Source of the DNA: Callorhinchus milii
Taxonomy: Eukaryota
Length of the DNA stretch: 64,000 nucleotides
Direction of reading: 5' to 3'
Assembly (NCBI RefSeq): GCF_018977255.1
Contig: NW_024704742.1
Location: forward strand, 78,928,001-78,992,000
Within the stretch, counting starts at the first letter, position 1, and every line of letters begins with the position of its first letter. Under the pieces are notes generated by a model. That model saw only the letters and a list, made by a program, of their open reading frames with translations. It made no database searches and was not told the origin of the DNA. Below are positions 12,715 through 26,205 of this stretch, piece by piece. Both the position numbers and the translations under genes were made by a program.

Positions 12715-13085
12715 TCAACTACTCACCTATTCCAGTCATTAATTTGGCTAAAAAAAATACTTCCTGGTATCTTCTCTGAAATTGCCCTTTGTAACACTGA
12801 ACCTGTCACCTTGTTCTTCTGCCTTATTGCATCCTAAAGAATTGTTCTGGGTTCACTTCCTCAATCCTACTAATATTCTATATAGCTCTATATAGTCTCC
12901 TTTGGGACAGCACTTGTCAAGACTGAAGAGCCCTAGCTTGTCTAATCATTGCTCATAGTTCATTTCTTTAACACTGGGGATCATTCTCACTGGTCTGCTT
13001 TGCATTACCTTTATGCCCTGGGCAGCCCTTGCATCACAGTAACCAGAGCTGTATATAGAACTCTGGGAGCAACCAGACCAAGAAG
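12715..13085 (-). mobile_element. Degenerate CR1 ORF2 3' fragment
   Basis: aagactgaagagccctagcttg and ctcatagtt segments are shared with the CR1 at 58385-59040. Confidence 0.6.
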
Positions 13086-14019
13086 TAATTTTAAAACGGG
13101 GCATCCTCCTGATGTGAAGGGCGTTATGCAAATGTAATTTGTTGCTCTTGTCAAAAGTAAAAATGAGTTGTCAAAATGCATTTCCAGCCATCAGGAATTA
13201 ATTTGTGAATTTGGACCTATTTGTTTTAAAAAAATCATGGAAGTTGAAAGACCTGAGGCAGAAATCATTCTCCAGGGATCAGTGATTTGGGTGAAAGGAA
13301 GATGTTCAGTCCCCAAACCTTTCATTATCAACAGGTTTTAGGATCATTTTTTAACCCCTGTTTCTATCCACTCAATAAATTGCTTCTCAATTAAGGAATG
13401 TTGTTGATTAAAAGATGGATAAGTTAGACTAAAATTTCCCTGCATTGTATCTGACTTGCATGAAATTGTAGCATTGCTTTTTCGATCTTAATGCACAAAT
13501 AATATTTGAATCATAAGGGGCTTTCCTATACATGGTACCATACATTATTCTTTACTAGAAGTTGTTTTACTGTTTATTGTGTTTTCCTTTAAGTAATTTT
13601 GACTTTTGTTTACATAAAATTTCATAGAACATTACAACATGGAAATAGGCCGTATGGCGCAATTAACCCATGCTGGTGTTTACACTCCAAATAATCCTCC
13701 ACCCCTACTAATCCCCTCTCCCTTAGCTTTTTATTCCCTTTTAATGTGAGATCAAAAGCATGTTAATATACTCCGCTGGGGTTTAATATTTCAAAAGACT
13801 AGCTTGTTAAATACTTATTTATGGTACAGGCACCAAATCAAGCTGGGTCCATAATCAATAGATGAGGCGGAAGCCTGAGGTAAGATGTTCACTCTGCCTC
13901 TTGTGCTGTTTGAATAGACTTCCCAAACTACAACAATGACAACAAGATTGCATTTGTATAACACCTTTCACGTCGGGAGGATGTCCCACAGCGCTGAGAA
14001 GTTGAATGCAGTTAAATTT

Positions 14020-14760
14020 AGTACTAGCGAAGATTTGGACAGACAGGATATTGGACAGCTGGCATGGGAATAGGATGCAGAAGGTGGTGGTAATTGAAAA
14101 ATCTGTGTCTGGGGTAGAGCCGTGCAAAGTTCCAGAGAGGTCCATTCTGGGTCCCTTGATGTTAACACAATACATAAATGACTTGAGGCAGAGCACTTCA
14201 TGAAATATTCTAAAATTTGCTGATGCCAAGCTATGTGGCCAGTTAAGAATATAAAGGAAGTGGAAAATAAACATTCAGAAAAGTCTGGTCCAATTGAACA
14301 CAGGAACTCATAGGACTGGAAAAGACATAATCAGTCCATCTGAATGGTCCCAAGTCATAAAAAAACACATAATAATAAAAATGCAGTATTCAACCTCTCT
14401 TCTGAACTAAAATATTTGCCAAATAGCTATCCGTTGTTTAATACAGATAAATGTAAGGCAATGCATACTGAAGAGGATACATGAAGAGGAAATGAGATAC
14501 ATGAGAGCAAAAGCATTTGTGTCTGATTATTGATTCTTCACTGAAAGCTGCTGTGAAGGTATTGCCAACAAAGCTAATCAAAAAGCTGGATACATCTTCA
14601 GACCATTGGCAGTAAATAGAAGGAGATTATTCTGACGTGTCTAGTTTATACCTTGCTTATCTTGCCAACTTGCAGCAAAAATCATACAGGATTCCAACTG
14701 TGAGAAGTGTGTTAGCACTGGAGGTCACCAACCAAGGGATCGATTGCAGGCCTGAGTGTA
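14020..14760 (+). mobile_element. Degenerate CR1 RT fragment
   Basis: VPERSILGPLMLTQYINDL, ILKFADAKL and FNTDKCKAMH-like motifs across frames. Confidence 0.65.
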
Positions 14761-15326
14761 ACTGCAGGTAACACAAATCAATTTGGCCTTCGCTCAAACA
14801 CGGTCCTTTAAAATATCTTGGGTGGTCCAGTGGACAGATGAAGAAGACTTAAGGAGCCTTTAATAAAACGAAAAGCTAAAGCCTACTGTGTGGACAAAGA
14901 GATCTTCTCAGTTCCAAGAAGCAAGAAATGTGACTTAACTCTTATTGTGATTTGCTGTATTCTGGGAAATGGTCCCTATGTTCCAGCAGTACAAATTCAC
15001 AATAATCAGACTATTTCATCACACCCACCCACCCCATATACAAACTTTAATGTCATTTGTATCTTCTTTCATTCTTAAAGGGATTTGCATACAGCACAAC
15101 AGTAGATTTAACCTTTCACCTTAAATCCATCCCAGTGAGTGTGAATAATGCATAGAAGTTAGTTCAGCAGGGGGGACTGGGTTGGGGGCAGGTGGTGAAG
15201 GAACCCATAGACCCAAAACCTGCTAATGTATCTTTCTCCTGTTAATTTGGCTCCAGACAGTGGAATTTTAAAAGAAAATTGGTGTGTCCAAGTGGTTATT
15301 TCTCCCTACTGCTATATATCTCTTTA

Positions 15327-15346
15327 CTGCTGCTGCTGCTGCTGCT
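15327..15346. repeat. (CTG)6 microsatellite
   Basis: Directly visible. Confidence 0.9.
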
Positions 15347-16457
15347 CTGACCTCCTCTTGCTCAATGCAGCAATCCCTGGTTTCCAGTTGCTGTGCAGTA
15401 CTCGGCTCAAATGGCCATTGCTCACATGTGAGTCTTGACAGTGAGTGTTGGTGTTTTGGCAGTAAGCACTCTGGGAAATTACCCTGTGTGAAGGGCAATA
15501 TATAAATGCAAACTGTCGTTGTTGTTGTTGGCAAAGCACATGACTGAAGAGGATATTGTCACTGAATCTGACTTCTTCTTACCCAACTGCCACAAACACA
15601 CACAGCGAGACAAGCAGACAACCAGTAGAGGATGCTAGCTAATTTAGCCTTCCCATGGATTTTGGCTTAGACCTGAAAACTCAGATTTGAGAAAACCGCA
15701 GACTGAGATTTGAGCCACTGAGCTCCTGATTTGTAACCTGTAGCTCTATCCACTACACCGTCGAGGCTGCCTGCAAACAGTGGATTCTCAACGTTTCCTA
15801 AGATATATAAACAAGGGAGAAGGATCCCTTTTTTCCCAGAGTTCAAGATATTGAATAAGAGCTTCCAGAAATAATCTTGGCAAGACAGAATGAAACTCCA
15901 ATTAATGCAAGGAAAGGGTGGGTGAAATCCAATTGGAAATTAATTGTCATTCGAAGGTGCTTACTTGCTGTATTTCAGAACTAGATATATACAACTGGAA
16001 GTGATAACTGATGCATTGGGATATTAAACCATATTAAGTGATTTATAAAACACCTGTCCATCTGTAACATATTCTTTGTAAGGAAGGAAGCACCAAAATT
16101 GTTTGCATCAAAGAAATTCTGACCATTCCATAAAACCAAACTCATTTTATCAATTAAGATTTGAAGTGATTTTGAATTACCTTTAATTATTTTGTCATTA
16201 TTTAGTTAATGATTTTATTTTTAAAGCTTTTCGTGTTTTCTATTAGATTTCAGATTGATTTTGTGCTCAGTAAGTTATCATTGCCTTTTGAAAGAATACC
16301 TCGAATGATGCTGACATGGAAATGGCAGCAGATTTATTGTTTCATTGAGACTTGTGCAACATGACTACCAAGAATTAAACAGTGAATAATAATAATAATC
16401 ATAACCTTTGCATTTGATATCGTGCTTTATCATGTCATTGAGACGACTCAAAGCACT

Positions 16458-16772
16458 TAATAATAACAATAATAATCCTTGCATTTGATATAGCGCTTTT
16501 CACGTTGGGAGGATCTCCCAAAGTGCTTCACGGAACACACTGTAAAGTGAATTGACTGTATATTTGTGAGCGAACGCGGCAGCCAATTGCGCACAGCAAC
16601 GTCCCACAAACAGTCGTAGATTGAAAATGACCAATTTATTATTGTTTTTGGTGGAGGATTATTATTAGGCGTGTGGAGTAAGGAAACTTGCCCAAGGTTT
16701 CGCCCTGCCGGGAATTGAACTCAGGTCTCTCGCTTGCAAAGCGAGTGCTCTAACCGCTGAGCTACAGGACTC
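16458..16772 (-). mobile_element. Young SINE type C nested in an older type B copy (16385-16950)
   Basis: Host sequence ...caaagcact / cttcacagg... resumes exactly across the insert. Confidence 0.9.
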
Positions 16773-17236
16773 CTTCACAGGATATATCTTAAAGTGGATT
16801 GACTGTGTATTTTATGGGCAAAACATGGCAGTGAATTGCTCACAGCAGTGTCCCACAAACAGTCATTGATTGAATGACTGAATTATTATTTTATTTTTTT
16901 GAAGGGATTATTACCCCCAGAAAGCAATCCGCCAATCAACTAACAACCGAGCATTCAAAGATGTGATGCAACAGAAATCACAGATAGAATTGAGTTGTTA
17001 GTAGATTTCAAACAGTGCTTTGCGATTGAGGAGATATCGGCATGTGTGTTTATCAATGTAAGCTAATAATCAGGTGAGTCTGGCTCAGTTGGCAGCACTC
17101 TCATTTCTGTATTTATTCAAGACCCACACTGGGTTTAAGATCATATTATAACAATAAAAATAAATAAACCTTGCATTTGAAATAGCATCTTTTATGTTAG
17201 AGAATGTCTCAAAGCTCTTCACAGGAATATACTATG

Positions 17237-17448
17237 TAATAATAATAATAATAATCCTTGCATTTGATATAGCGCTTTTCACGTCGGGAGGACATCCCAA
17301 AGCGCTTCACAGAATATACTGTAAAGTGAATTGACTGTATATTTGTGGGCGAACGCGGCAACCAATTGTGCACAGCAATGTCCCACAAACAGTCGTAGAT
17401 TGAAAATGACCAATTTATTATTGTTTTTGGTTTTGGAGGGATTATTAT
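17237..17448 (-). mobile_element. 5'-truncated type C SINE nested in a DeuSINE-like copy (17150-17800)
   Basis: (TAA)n plus a C-type body ending at ggagggattatta; the host tail lies upstream and the host core downstream. Confidence 0.85.
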
Positions 17449-18314
17449 GTGTAGTGCAGTGAGTGTGTATTCTGTAGCAAACTTGCAAGCCAATTTACAC
17501 GCAGTAATGTCACATAAACAGCCAGGATGTGATTTATCAGTTTTATCAGGGGGATTGTTGGCCAGGACGCCGGGAAAAAATTCTTCTCTTTTCAACTTAA
17601 AAAAGTAAACAAATACAAAAATAAAAATAATAAACAGTGCATTTATCAGGCAGACAAGTCTCATCTGAAGGACAGCACTTCCAACAATGCAGCAAATCCT
17701 CATAACTGTATTGGAACGTTAGCCTAGACTATCTGAGTTCAAAGTCCTGACACAAAGTTGAACCCAAACTCTCTGCGACAGAGGTGAATGCTTGGAGCTG
17801 AGCCAGGCTGGCCAATTTGCTTTGCTGTGGGTGTCACAAGACAAGATGTTAAACTGAGGTCCTGTCGGCCTGTTTTCAGGTGGGCTTATCATAGGATGAG
17901 CCCATGTGTATCCCACGACACTATTGAAAAGGATTTCTCCCAAACATTCTCAAGATTAGGTGGCCATTTGTCAACATACCCAACAAAAGTCCCTCAAGTT
18001 AGGCTTGGTTGTTATGCCCTTCCAACATCACACATCCTGCCAATGTTCAGCATGAGGCTGGAATCACATCATTTACTCCTATATTTTTCATACAGATCAT
18101 ATTATTCACTCCTGGTTTCCTCTCACAGATCCGAACATTCACCATTGTGATGCCAATAGAAATAATAGCATGAAACACAACTGAAATATGGAATAATAAT
18201 AACAATGATAGGATTTAAGAATTTTTACTGTGAAGCACAGTGAGTGCACATTTAAAAGGGAAGACATGATTACAGAGGTAACATAAAAATAGCATTTGAG
18301 TAATAAACCATACA

Positions 18315-18636
18315 GAGTCCTGTAGCTCAGTGGTTAGAGCGTTCGCCTTGCAAGCGAGAAACCTGGGTTCAATTCCAGGCAGGGCGAAACCGTAGGCAAG
18401 TTTCCTTATTCCACACACCTAATAATAGTACAACCTCCAAAAAAACAAAGCAATAATAAATTGGTCATTTTCAATCCACGACTGTTTGTGGGACACTGCT
18501 GTGCACAATTGGCTGCTGCGTTTCGCCCACAAATATATGGTCAATTCACTTTACAGTCTGTTCTGTGATGCGCTTTGAGACGTTGAAAAGACGTGAAAAG
18601 TGCTGTATCAAATGCAAGGATTATTATTATTATTAC
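18315..18636 (+). mobile_element. SINE type C, full length
   Basis: Head gagtcctgtagctcagtggttagagcgttcgccttgcaagcgaga...gttcaattcc; tail aaatgcaagg(att)n. Confidence 0.92.
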
Positions 18637-21600
18637 CCATTAATTTTATGAAATAAACATGGCAGAATAAAATGTGTTTTCAGACCACAGAGACATCATA
18701 TTCAGAGAAACACGATTTTTACCTGCTTTGTATTTGCCACTCGTTCAGCTTCAGAAATGAACCTGCAGTAGTTCATTCTTCAATTCATACTGCGGATCTC
18801 TTTTAAGAATAATAAATAAAGTTTATCTGATGAGGAACCTTGGAATATAATTTGTATTCCAGGAGTTGCGTGGCCTGATAATTCATGAATAAGCTATGGT
18901 TTGCATCAAAATTCGAACATGGAGTGTAACCCACAGCTTCTCATCATGTAATCTTTTTATACCGCATGTTAAATATGCAATTAAAATGTCAGCTTTGATG
19001 TGAATATTAATTTTCGATGGGCACTTCATTGGAATGTGGATTGCGGATGGATCAATTGAGTTAACTGTGGAACAGTTCTTTCCTGGCTGTCCTCTGCTCT
19101 CAACTCTGACTTTGTCTTTGTGAAGTACAGAAACAAATACTTAATGGAGTTGACATTACGTGATGTAAATGCTCTCCGAATGGCTGAGCTTGACCAACCA
19201 CATGATTCCTTAGCGTTGTCACTTAAATACCTTGTTCAGGGATCATAATTATTTTCGATGGTGTGAAATAAAGAAAATTAATGCTACAACAATTAGATTG
19301 CATTTATAGAGCGCCTTTCACGTCGGGAGGACATGCCAAGGCGCTGGACAGTTGGGTCGGGACCCGAACATTGGGGGGAAATGGTCAGGGTGAGGGGAGG
19401 GAAGGGAGGGAGTGAGGAGGGTTTAGAGAGTTGAGAGGGGAGCTGAAGGCACGCTATTCTATTTGGAGTCCTTATTATTCAGGCACCTGTTCAGATCAAG
19501 CCATTGTCTAGCTATAGGTTCTTTTAGAAATTGATATCAACTTCAGATGAATTTCTTATAGTTTATGTATAATAAATAAGTATGAGTAAATCAAATAAAT
19601 CTAATTAGAAATCTCCCTCCTCCCTCAAAATTCTGTAGTTTCGATTGTTAGTGATGAATTAAAATATCCTGAATTTGCACAACTCAAAAGATTCTTTTTG
19701 GTGATATCCAGTTCAGCCTCTGATAGTTTTTATTTTCAGGAATGGTAGGTCTCTTCAAAAGAAACCAGGATCATTCAAATGTAATAAACATGATGGGCAA
19801 ACAAAATATACATAACATTCATCAGATTTCTGATGAATGTTATATATATAAGAGATTCAGGTTCATTATCATTCACTTGTATTGAGGGCTTGTGAGCTAT
19901 GGAACTTAAGTGACATGTATTATTGCTATCACTGTCTGCCTATCCAGGAAGGTGTGAAGAATCCCATGGCACTATTCAAAGAGAATGGAGTTTTTTCTGG
20001 TGTCCAGGCCAACAATCTTCCAAATAAAATTGATCATTCACGTCATGGCTGTTTGTGGGACATTGCTCTTTGCAAATCGGCTGCCACATTCACCTACAAT
20101 ATACATAGTGATTACACTTTACAGTATATCCTGTGAAATGCTTTGAGATATCCTCTCGATGTGAAAGTTGCTGTACTAACTGTAAGGATTATTATTGTAG
20201 CTCAAGGTTTCAAGGAAAAGTGGGTTCATCGTCATTTAAAAGTTCAAAATTTCCATTGCACTTAAAATAGCCATTTGCCTAAAATTACAATCCACAGCTT
20301 CAGTTAATCACTCTCCTGCAGTTAACTGAAAAGTGCTATCTCAAATGTAAGAATTATTATTATTTATTATTAAGGTAAAAAATCTTCACAACCTCACAAA
20401 GGTCTGACTCAGTACCAGTGAGGATGTGTGGAAGTGCATTAAAGCTGATGCAAAAATGTTGTTGTTCTGAACAGAGTAGACATCAAACAGCTCACCCAAG
20501 CAATTACCTGCACACTGTCAGAACACTTTAAAGTGAAGGAGAGAAACTGGGAAGCTGCTGAATTTGTATCCTTTGATCTATAAGCCACACAGTTTCAAAA
20601 GGGCAGCAGAGGCAATGATCATTTGGTCAGTAATATAATTCCAATAGAATGAGTCAAATGACAAATGACCCACAACAAATGGGGCCTGTGAACAGTGACA
20701 TTGAAAAATGTCCACTATTATATTGCTGCGCACCAATGATTCCCATTGTCATGCTGCCTCTATGCAAATGTATTTTCAGGTTTCACACACACACTCGAGG
20801 CTAAGCTAGTAAAACCAAACCAGTTTATAAAAATCACAGGGAATAATGTAATTTATTGTACTTCGATTCCATAATATATCTGCATATCAAATCAAAACTA
20901 TCTAGTTACAAGAGGTACTTCCAATCTTGTCTGAAGAGACAGCATTACTGATCAGTTAACCCAGCCATACATTTTAATTTGTACTATCTAATGCTCTGGG
21001 GCAACTCACATGACTTTGATCCTTGTCTAGATTCTACTGTTTTCACTGAGAGGAACAGAAGAAATATATTTTCTCACTTGTGTTTTCTTTTATTCTGAAA
21101 AAACATGTATTCTATTTTAGGCTTCCTCAGTCGGGTTTTTTTTCTCGTAGCTATTACTTTTGTAATTTTTGTTCCTTATGGCTTTTGCTTTGATTAAAGC
21201 AGTTCTGCTCATGCAGCCAGTGTTCTCAGGCAAAGGAACAATCGTCTTGTCAGTATTGTTACAGCCTGTTATATGCGAGTGAAGATAATGTGAATACAGC
21301 GTGGGCAATAAAGCAAACAATCCAATTTGAAATTAATGTTATGCTGTGCTAATCTTTGTGTATCATTTGTCACATTTTTAAAGCTGCGTGCATGTGTGCT
21401 TGCACAATTTTATTCCAAATGAATGTATGAAGTTTAAAAGGATCATAATCGCTTGCAAAGGATCTTGTCAGGTATGTTCTGCTTGTAGAGCAGCCAGCGG
21501 CATAGAAACATGAGGACGACTTTCAGCCGTTCAGCCTGTTCTGCCATTATTCTGTCATATATTTCGTCCACAAATAGATAGTCAATTCACTTTACAATAT

Positions 21601-21737
21601 ATTCTGTGAAGCGCTTTGAGACGTCTTGAAGACGTGAAAAGTGCTGTATCAAATGCAAGGATTATTATTTTCATGTCTATGGCAACTCACTATAGTAAGT
21701 ATTTTCCTGCATTTCTTAAATATCTCTTAATAGTGTC

Positions 21738-22135
21738 AGGCTGTCTCAGTTGGTAACACTCTCACTTCCGAGATAGCCCCAAGTTGGGGCTTTGAACTCG
21801 TATAGTCTTGGCTTACACTCCAGTGCAGTGCTGGAAAGTGTTGCATTGTTGGAGATGCCAACCTTCGTTGGGGTCTCATTAAATCGAGGCGCTGTCTGCC
21901 TGTTCAGGTCGATGTTAAACATCCAATGGGACTATTTGAAAAGAAAAGGGAGTTTTTCCCAGTGCCCGACCAACATTCCCCCAGATAAAAACAACGTTCA
22001 TTTGTTTCATGAGTGTTTGTAGGACATTGCTGTGTACAAATGGGCTGCTGCGGCCACCTACAAATACACAATTTCAGCACTTTACAGTATATCAGTGAAG
22101 TGCTTTGACACATCCTCCCAATACGAAAGGAGCAA
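21738..22135 (+). mobile_element. DeuSINE-like SINE (type A)
   Basis: Head tctcagttggtaacactctc; core ttaaatcgaggcgctgtctgcctgttcaggtcgatgttaaacatcc. Confidence 0.75.
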
Positions 22136-24354
22136 TTACCAAGATTTATTTACTTAGCATCTGTACCAATCCTAACAGCCATATTGCACTTCAAGGAAAC
22201 TGACAGGCATTCTTGCTGGTGCTAATTCAAGGATGGGACAGAATATGTGCTTAATATGTGTCCTTACTCCTTGCCCTTGACCATGGGTTGGAAACCAAAG
22301 TCCCACAAATAAAAACAGCTATTCATAAAGAGAACGGAGTTTCTCCTGATACCCTGGTCAACAATCTCCCAGATGAACTTGGTCAATCACTTCATAAAGG
22401 TTCATCAAAAAAAATGCAAGCATTATTAAACATTCTCTAACTGTGGCAAATGATTTCTCTTTCCAATGCTTTTAGATCTGAATCACTGCAATATTTGATT
22501 GATAGATTGTGTTTTTTATTATTCCTTATCACCAGATTGCATTCGGAACAGGATCTTTTGATTGGATTTTACATTTCTTCATTGGATAGTGACCTAAAAA
22601 AAAATTTAAGGGTAAAAATACTTATCAGGCTTCACATTTTCAGAAATAAAAAAAAAATTCCTCACTATATTAGAAAAACAAAGATGGCAGATTCATTTTG
22701 GGAAAACAATCCTTGCATTTCATATAGCGCCTTTCATGTCAACAACAATATTGCATTTATATAGCGCATTTAGATAGTGCACTTCATGCAGGCTAGTGTC
22801 TCAGAGTGGTTCAGGAGGTCATCACAAATGGGCTTCACAGGATTCACTGTAATGTTTGGTGACTGTATATCGTTGAAAAAATAACTGAACTGAAAAAACA
22901 TTCCAATCTAAAACTGTCTGCCATGTTTACCTGGAAATATACGGTAACTTCATTTGACAGCGATCTCCTGTGAACTGTTTTGAGACATTTCAATGTTGTA
23001 GGTGCCATTGTAAGTGCAATGCAATACAGTTCGCATTTATATTATGTAGCATCTTCCATATATGGAGGACATATCATAGCGCTTGACTGTGCTGGATGGG
23101 CACCTGAGCTGGGGGTGGCAGCCAGGGGGGTGGGGAGGAGGAAGGTGAGTAAAAGTGCTGTCAAGAGGTAGGTTTTGAAACATGCCTTGAACAAGGGGAG
23201 GGAGCGAGTGAAAGTGCAAGTGAAAGGGAGGGAAGTGCAAGGATTACTATTATTCATTATTAATATCAAGTTGTAATTCAGTCAAGTAATTTTCATGCTT
23301 TTGATTTTGTTTGGAATTTGTGGTGGGAAAGGGAATTTAAGAGATCCAAAGTTAGACCCAATTCACCAATTAGGACATATGCTGACTGTCTACTATCTCT
23401 CTGTGCATTATGACTTAATGAAGAGTTTGCATTAAATGTTTTATTCTGTGATCCCAAGAGGTGTATCATTATATAGCAGTTACACAGTGCACCTGTGATT
23501 ATCCTTTATTGGAATTTTACACCACTGCATCCATGAATGGATAAATTCCATTGAGATGGATGTACTTGGAGCAACCTTTTGTCCAGCATTACTGTACTCT
23601 GGAGTTAAGTTCCCCTTAAAGTATCATGCACGTTGTTTAAATGTTTACTCTGTGAGGCTCCATCTTATATGTGCTGATTGTGATATTTAAAGTTGCCTGG
23701 AGGAATGAAATAGTTTTTTTTATGGAATTTTAAGTAACATCAGTATAATAGAGAGCATAAAAGTTGCATTATACATCACTATGTTATTACAAGACACTAA
23801 TACAGTTTTAGGATAACTATAATTCATAGTAATTGTTCCCGCTGTACCCCCATGAGGCACATAGCAGTAATGAAATGTAAAGCTTAAAGGTATTAAATGG
23901 CACTTTCTTAAATTTTATGTGCAAGGATTGCTGCTGTAGTGTTCAGGAAACAATTGGGGTCAAAATCTACTTGTGACAGGAAATAGCGACCCCTCACTGT
24001 AAATGGAGGTATATCCTCTGATCTCAGGAACTCGTCTCCAACATAATCTACTTCTGCAGTAAAATTCTCTTGAGACACCTTGACATACTTCCATCATTAG
24101 TCGTTTTTTACATTGAATGACATAATTGTACAGCACATAAACTGGCCATTCGACTCAACTAGTCCAAGCTGATGTCCATACATGTGCCTCCAACTTTGAA
24201 CTCAAAATCTAGACTGACATTCCATTGCAATCTGGGTCAGTGGGGTGGGGGTGGTTCTGCATTGTTGGAGGTGTCATCTTTTGGATGAGATTTTAAACCA
24301 AGTCCCCATTTGTCTGTTGAGGTGAATGATAAAGATCACACCGCACTATGCAAT

Positions 24355-24502
24355 CACACACTCTCTCTCGCACATTCTCTTACACACACAAACACACTCT
24401 CTCTCACATGCACACATACTCTCACACATATAACTCTCTCACACAAACATACACACAAACATACATCCATACAATAACTTGCATTTAACTCTCTCTCACA
24501 CA
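24355..24502. repeat. Compound (CA)n/(CT)n microsatellite
   Basis: Directly visible. Confidence 0.9.
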
Positions 24503-24683
24503 CAAAGAAACATTACAATAAAGATAAAAATGAATAGTTGCCACAATAATAGATTCATTCTGAAGGAAATCATTACTTTTTTCCAGTTTATTTCAGCAAT
24601 ATCAGTGTCTAAAGTCTATGAAATTGGCTCGCTGCTGATTGTCAGAAAGTCTCTTCTGCATACTAGGATTTGGAATTATTTAT

Positions 24684-24860
24684 AATAATAATAATAATAA
24701 TCCTTGCATTTGATATAATAATAATAATAATAATCCTTGCATTTGATATAGCGCTTTTCACGTCGGGAGGACGTCCCAAAGCGCTTCACAGAACAAACTG
24801 TAAAGTGAATTGACTGTATATTTGTGGGCGAACACGGCAGCCAATTGCGCACAGCAATGT
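24684..24860 (-). mobile_element. 3' fragment of a young SINE with a duplicated tail end
   Basis: (TAA)n-tccttgcatttgata occurs twice in tandem, followed by the C-type tail. Confidence 0.85.
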
Positions 24861-24874
24861 ATTTATTTATTTAG

Positions 24875-24946
24875 GAATTATAAATGTGAAGAAATTATAG
24901 ATGTGAAGAAATTATTATAAATGTGAAGGAATTATAAATGTGAAGA
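24875..24946. repeat. Minisatellite, about 4 copies of gaattataaatgtgaa
   Basis: Directly visible next to the truncated SINE end. Confidence 0.85.
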
Positions 24947-25359
24947 GAAGCACAATTTATTTAAGATCAGCTAGCTATAATAAATCCTTTCAATTGTACA
25001 TGTATTAAGAGCGTTAGGTTTTCTGGGGAATCCTGCATCAAAGGGGTTTAATGTTCTGCAATATTTTAAAGCAGTGGGCAGCAGGTTAGCTATAGGAGAA
25101 GGATGATTACTGTGCCAAAGGATTTCTATGTGTAATTGAAACGATATTAAGAGGAATGGATCTAATATCAAAACAAAGAATTACTGTCAAATCAGTCTTT
25201 GCGCAGCACATTGTGATTGACATTTGCAAGATCACATCGTGCAATTTACTTCCATTATTACATTAATTAGCAGTGGATTCACTGGCAGAGTCTAGTTCAG
25301 TTATATCCTGAAAATCAATACATTTCCGTTGTCACTTAATAATCGATCGTCCGTGAACC

Positions 25360-25680
25360 TATCACCGCCATGCTCGCCTGGCTTCACTGACTCCCCATTC
25401 CCCAGAGGATTGAGTTCAAGATCCTTGCCCTCACTCTTAAAGCCCCACCATAACCTCTGGAACCCACTAAAGTATTACCAACCCTCCCACTCTTTCCGCT
25501 CGGCTGGCACTGGCCGACTTCACGTCCCCCACCCTGCCCACCCCACCATTAGCAGTTGGTCCTTCAGCCTTTCTGGTCCCACCCTCTGGAATCCATCCCA
25601 GAGTCCCTTCACCTTATCCCCTCCCTTGCCTCCTTCAGGGTATATCTCAACACCTTCCTCTTTGACTATGCCTTTCAGCA
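25360..25680 (+). mobile_element. L2 3' fragment
   Basis: cttcactgactccccattccccagaggattgagttcaagatcctt and ccttcagcctttctggtcccaccctctggaa are homologous to the 3' ends of the 61 kb and 62 kb L2 copies. Confidence 0.8.
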
Positions 25681-25794
25681 ACAACAGCAACAAATTGCAT
25701 TTATACAACGCCCTTCATTTATACAACACAGTTCACCCAATATTACATTTGAGTGTCAATCTACACTGCAAGCTTAATTCCTAATATGTTAAAA

Positions 25795-26205
25795 TAATAA
25801 TAATCCTTACATTTGATACAGCCCCTTTCATTTCTGGAGAATGTTTTAAAGTGCTTCAAAGAATTTACTGTAAAAGGCAATGACTATGTATTTTGTGGGC
25901 AAACACAGCAGCCAATTTGCACCTGGCAATCTCCCAGAAATAGCCATGAAGTGAATGACCAATTTTATTTGGGGGATTGTTGCCTAGGACACTGGAAAAA
26001 ACTCCCTTCTATTTTCCAATAATGCCATAGGATCTGTAACATCCACCTGAACAGGCCAATGAAACCTCGGTTTAACGTCTCATCTGAAGGACGTCGCCTT
26101 CAACAATGCAGCATACCCCCAGTACTGCATTGGAGTGTCAGCTTAGACTGTATGAGTTCCAAGTGCTTACTCAGAGATGTGAGTGCTAGCATCTGAGCCA
26201 GGCTG
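25795..26205 (-). mobile_element. DeuSINE-like SINE (type A)
   Basis: atccacctgaacaggcc...cctcggtttaacgtctcatctgaagg on the plus strand is the reverse of the Deu-like core. Confidence 0.78.

Noticed and set aside
14675..14766. Exon-like segment with cag/gtaaca boundaries
   Set aside because: It continues the degenerate CR1 upstream (ALE...I.GL-like remnants).
18315..18390. tRNA-Ala/Val genes
   Set aside because: Every tRNA-like segment is a SINE head, nearly always continuing into SINE body; T-stems are imperfect.
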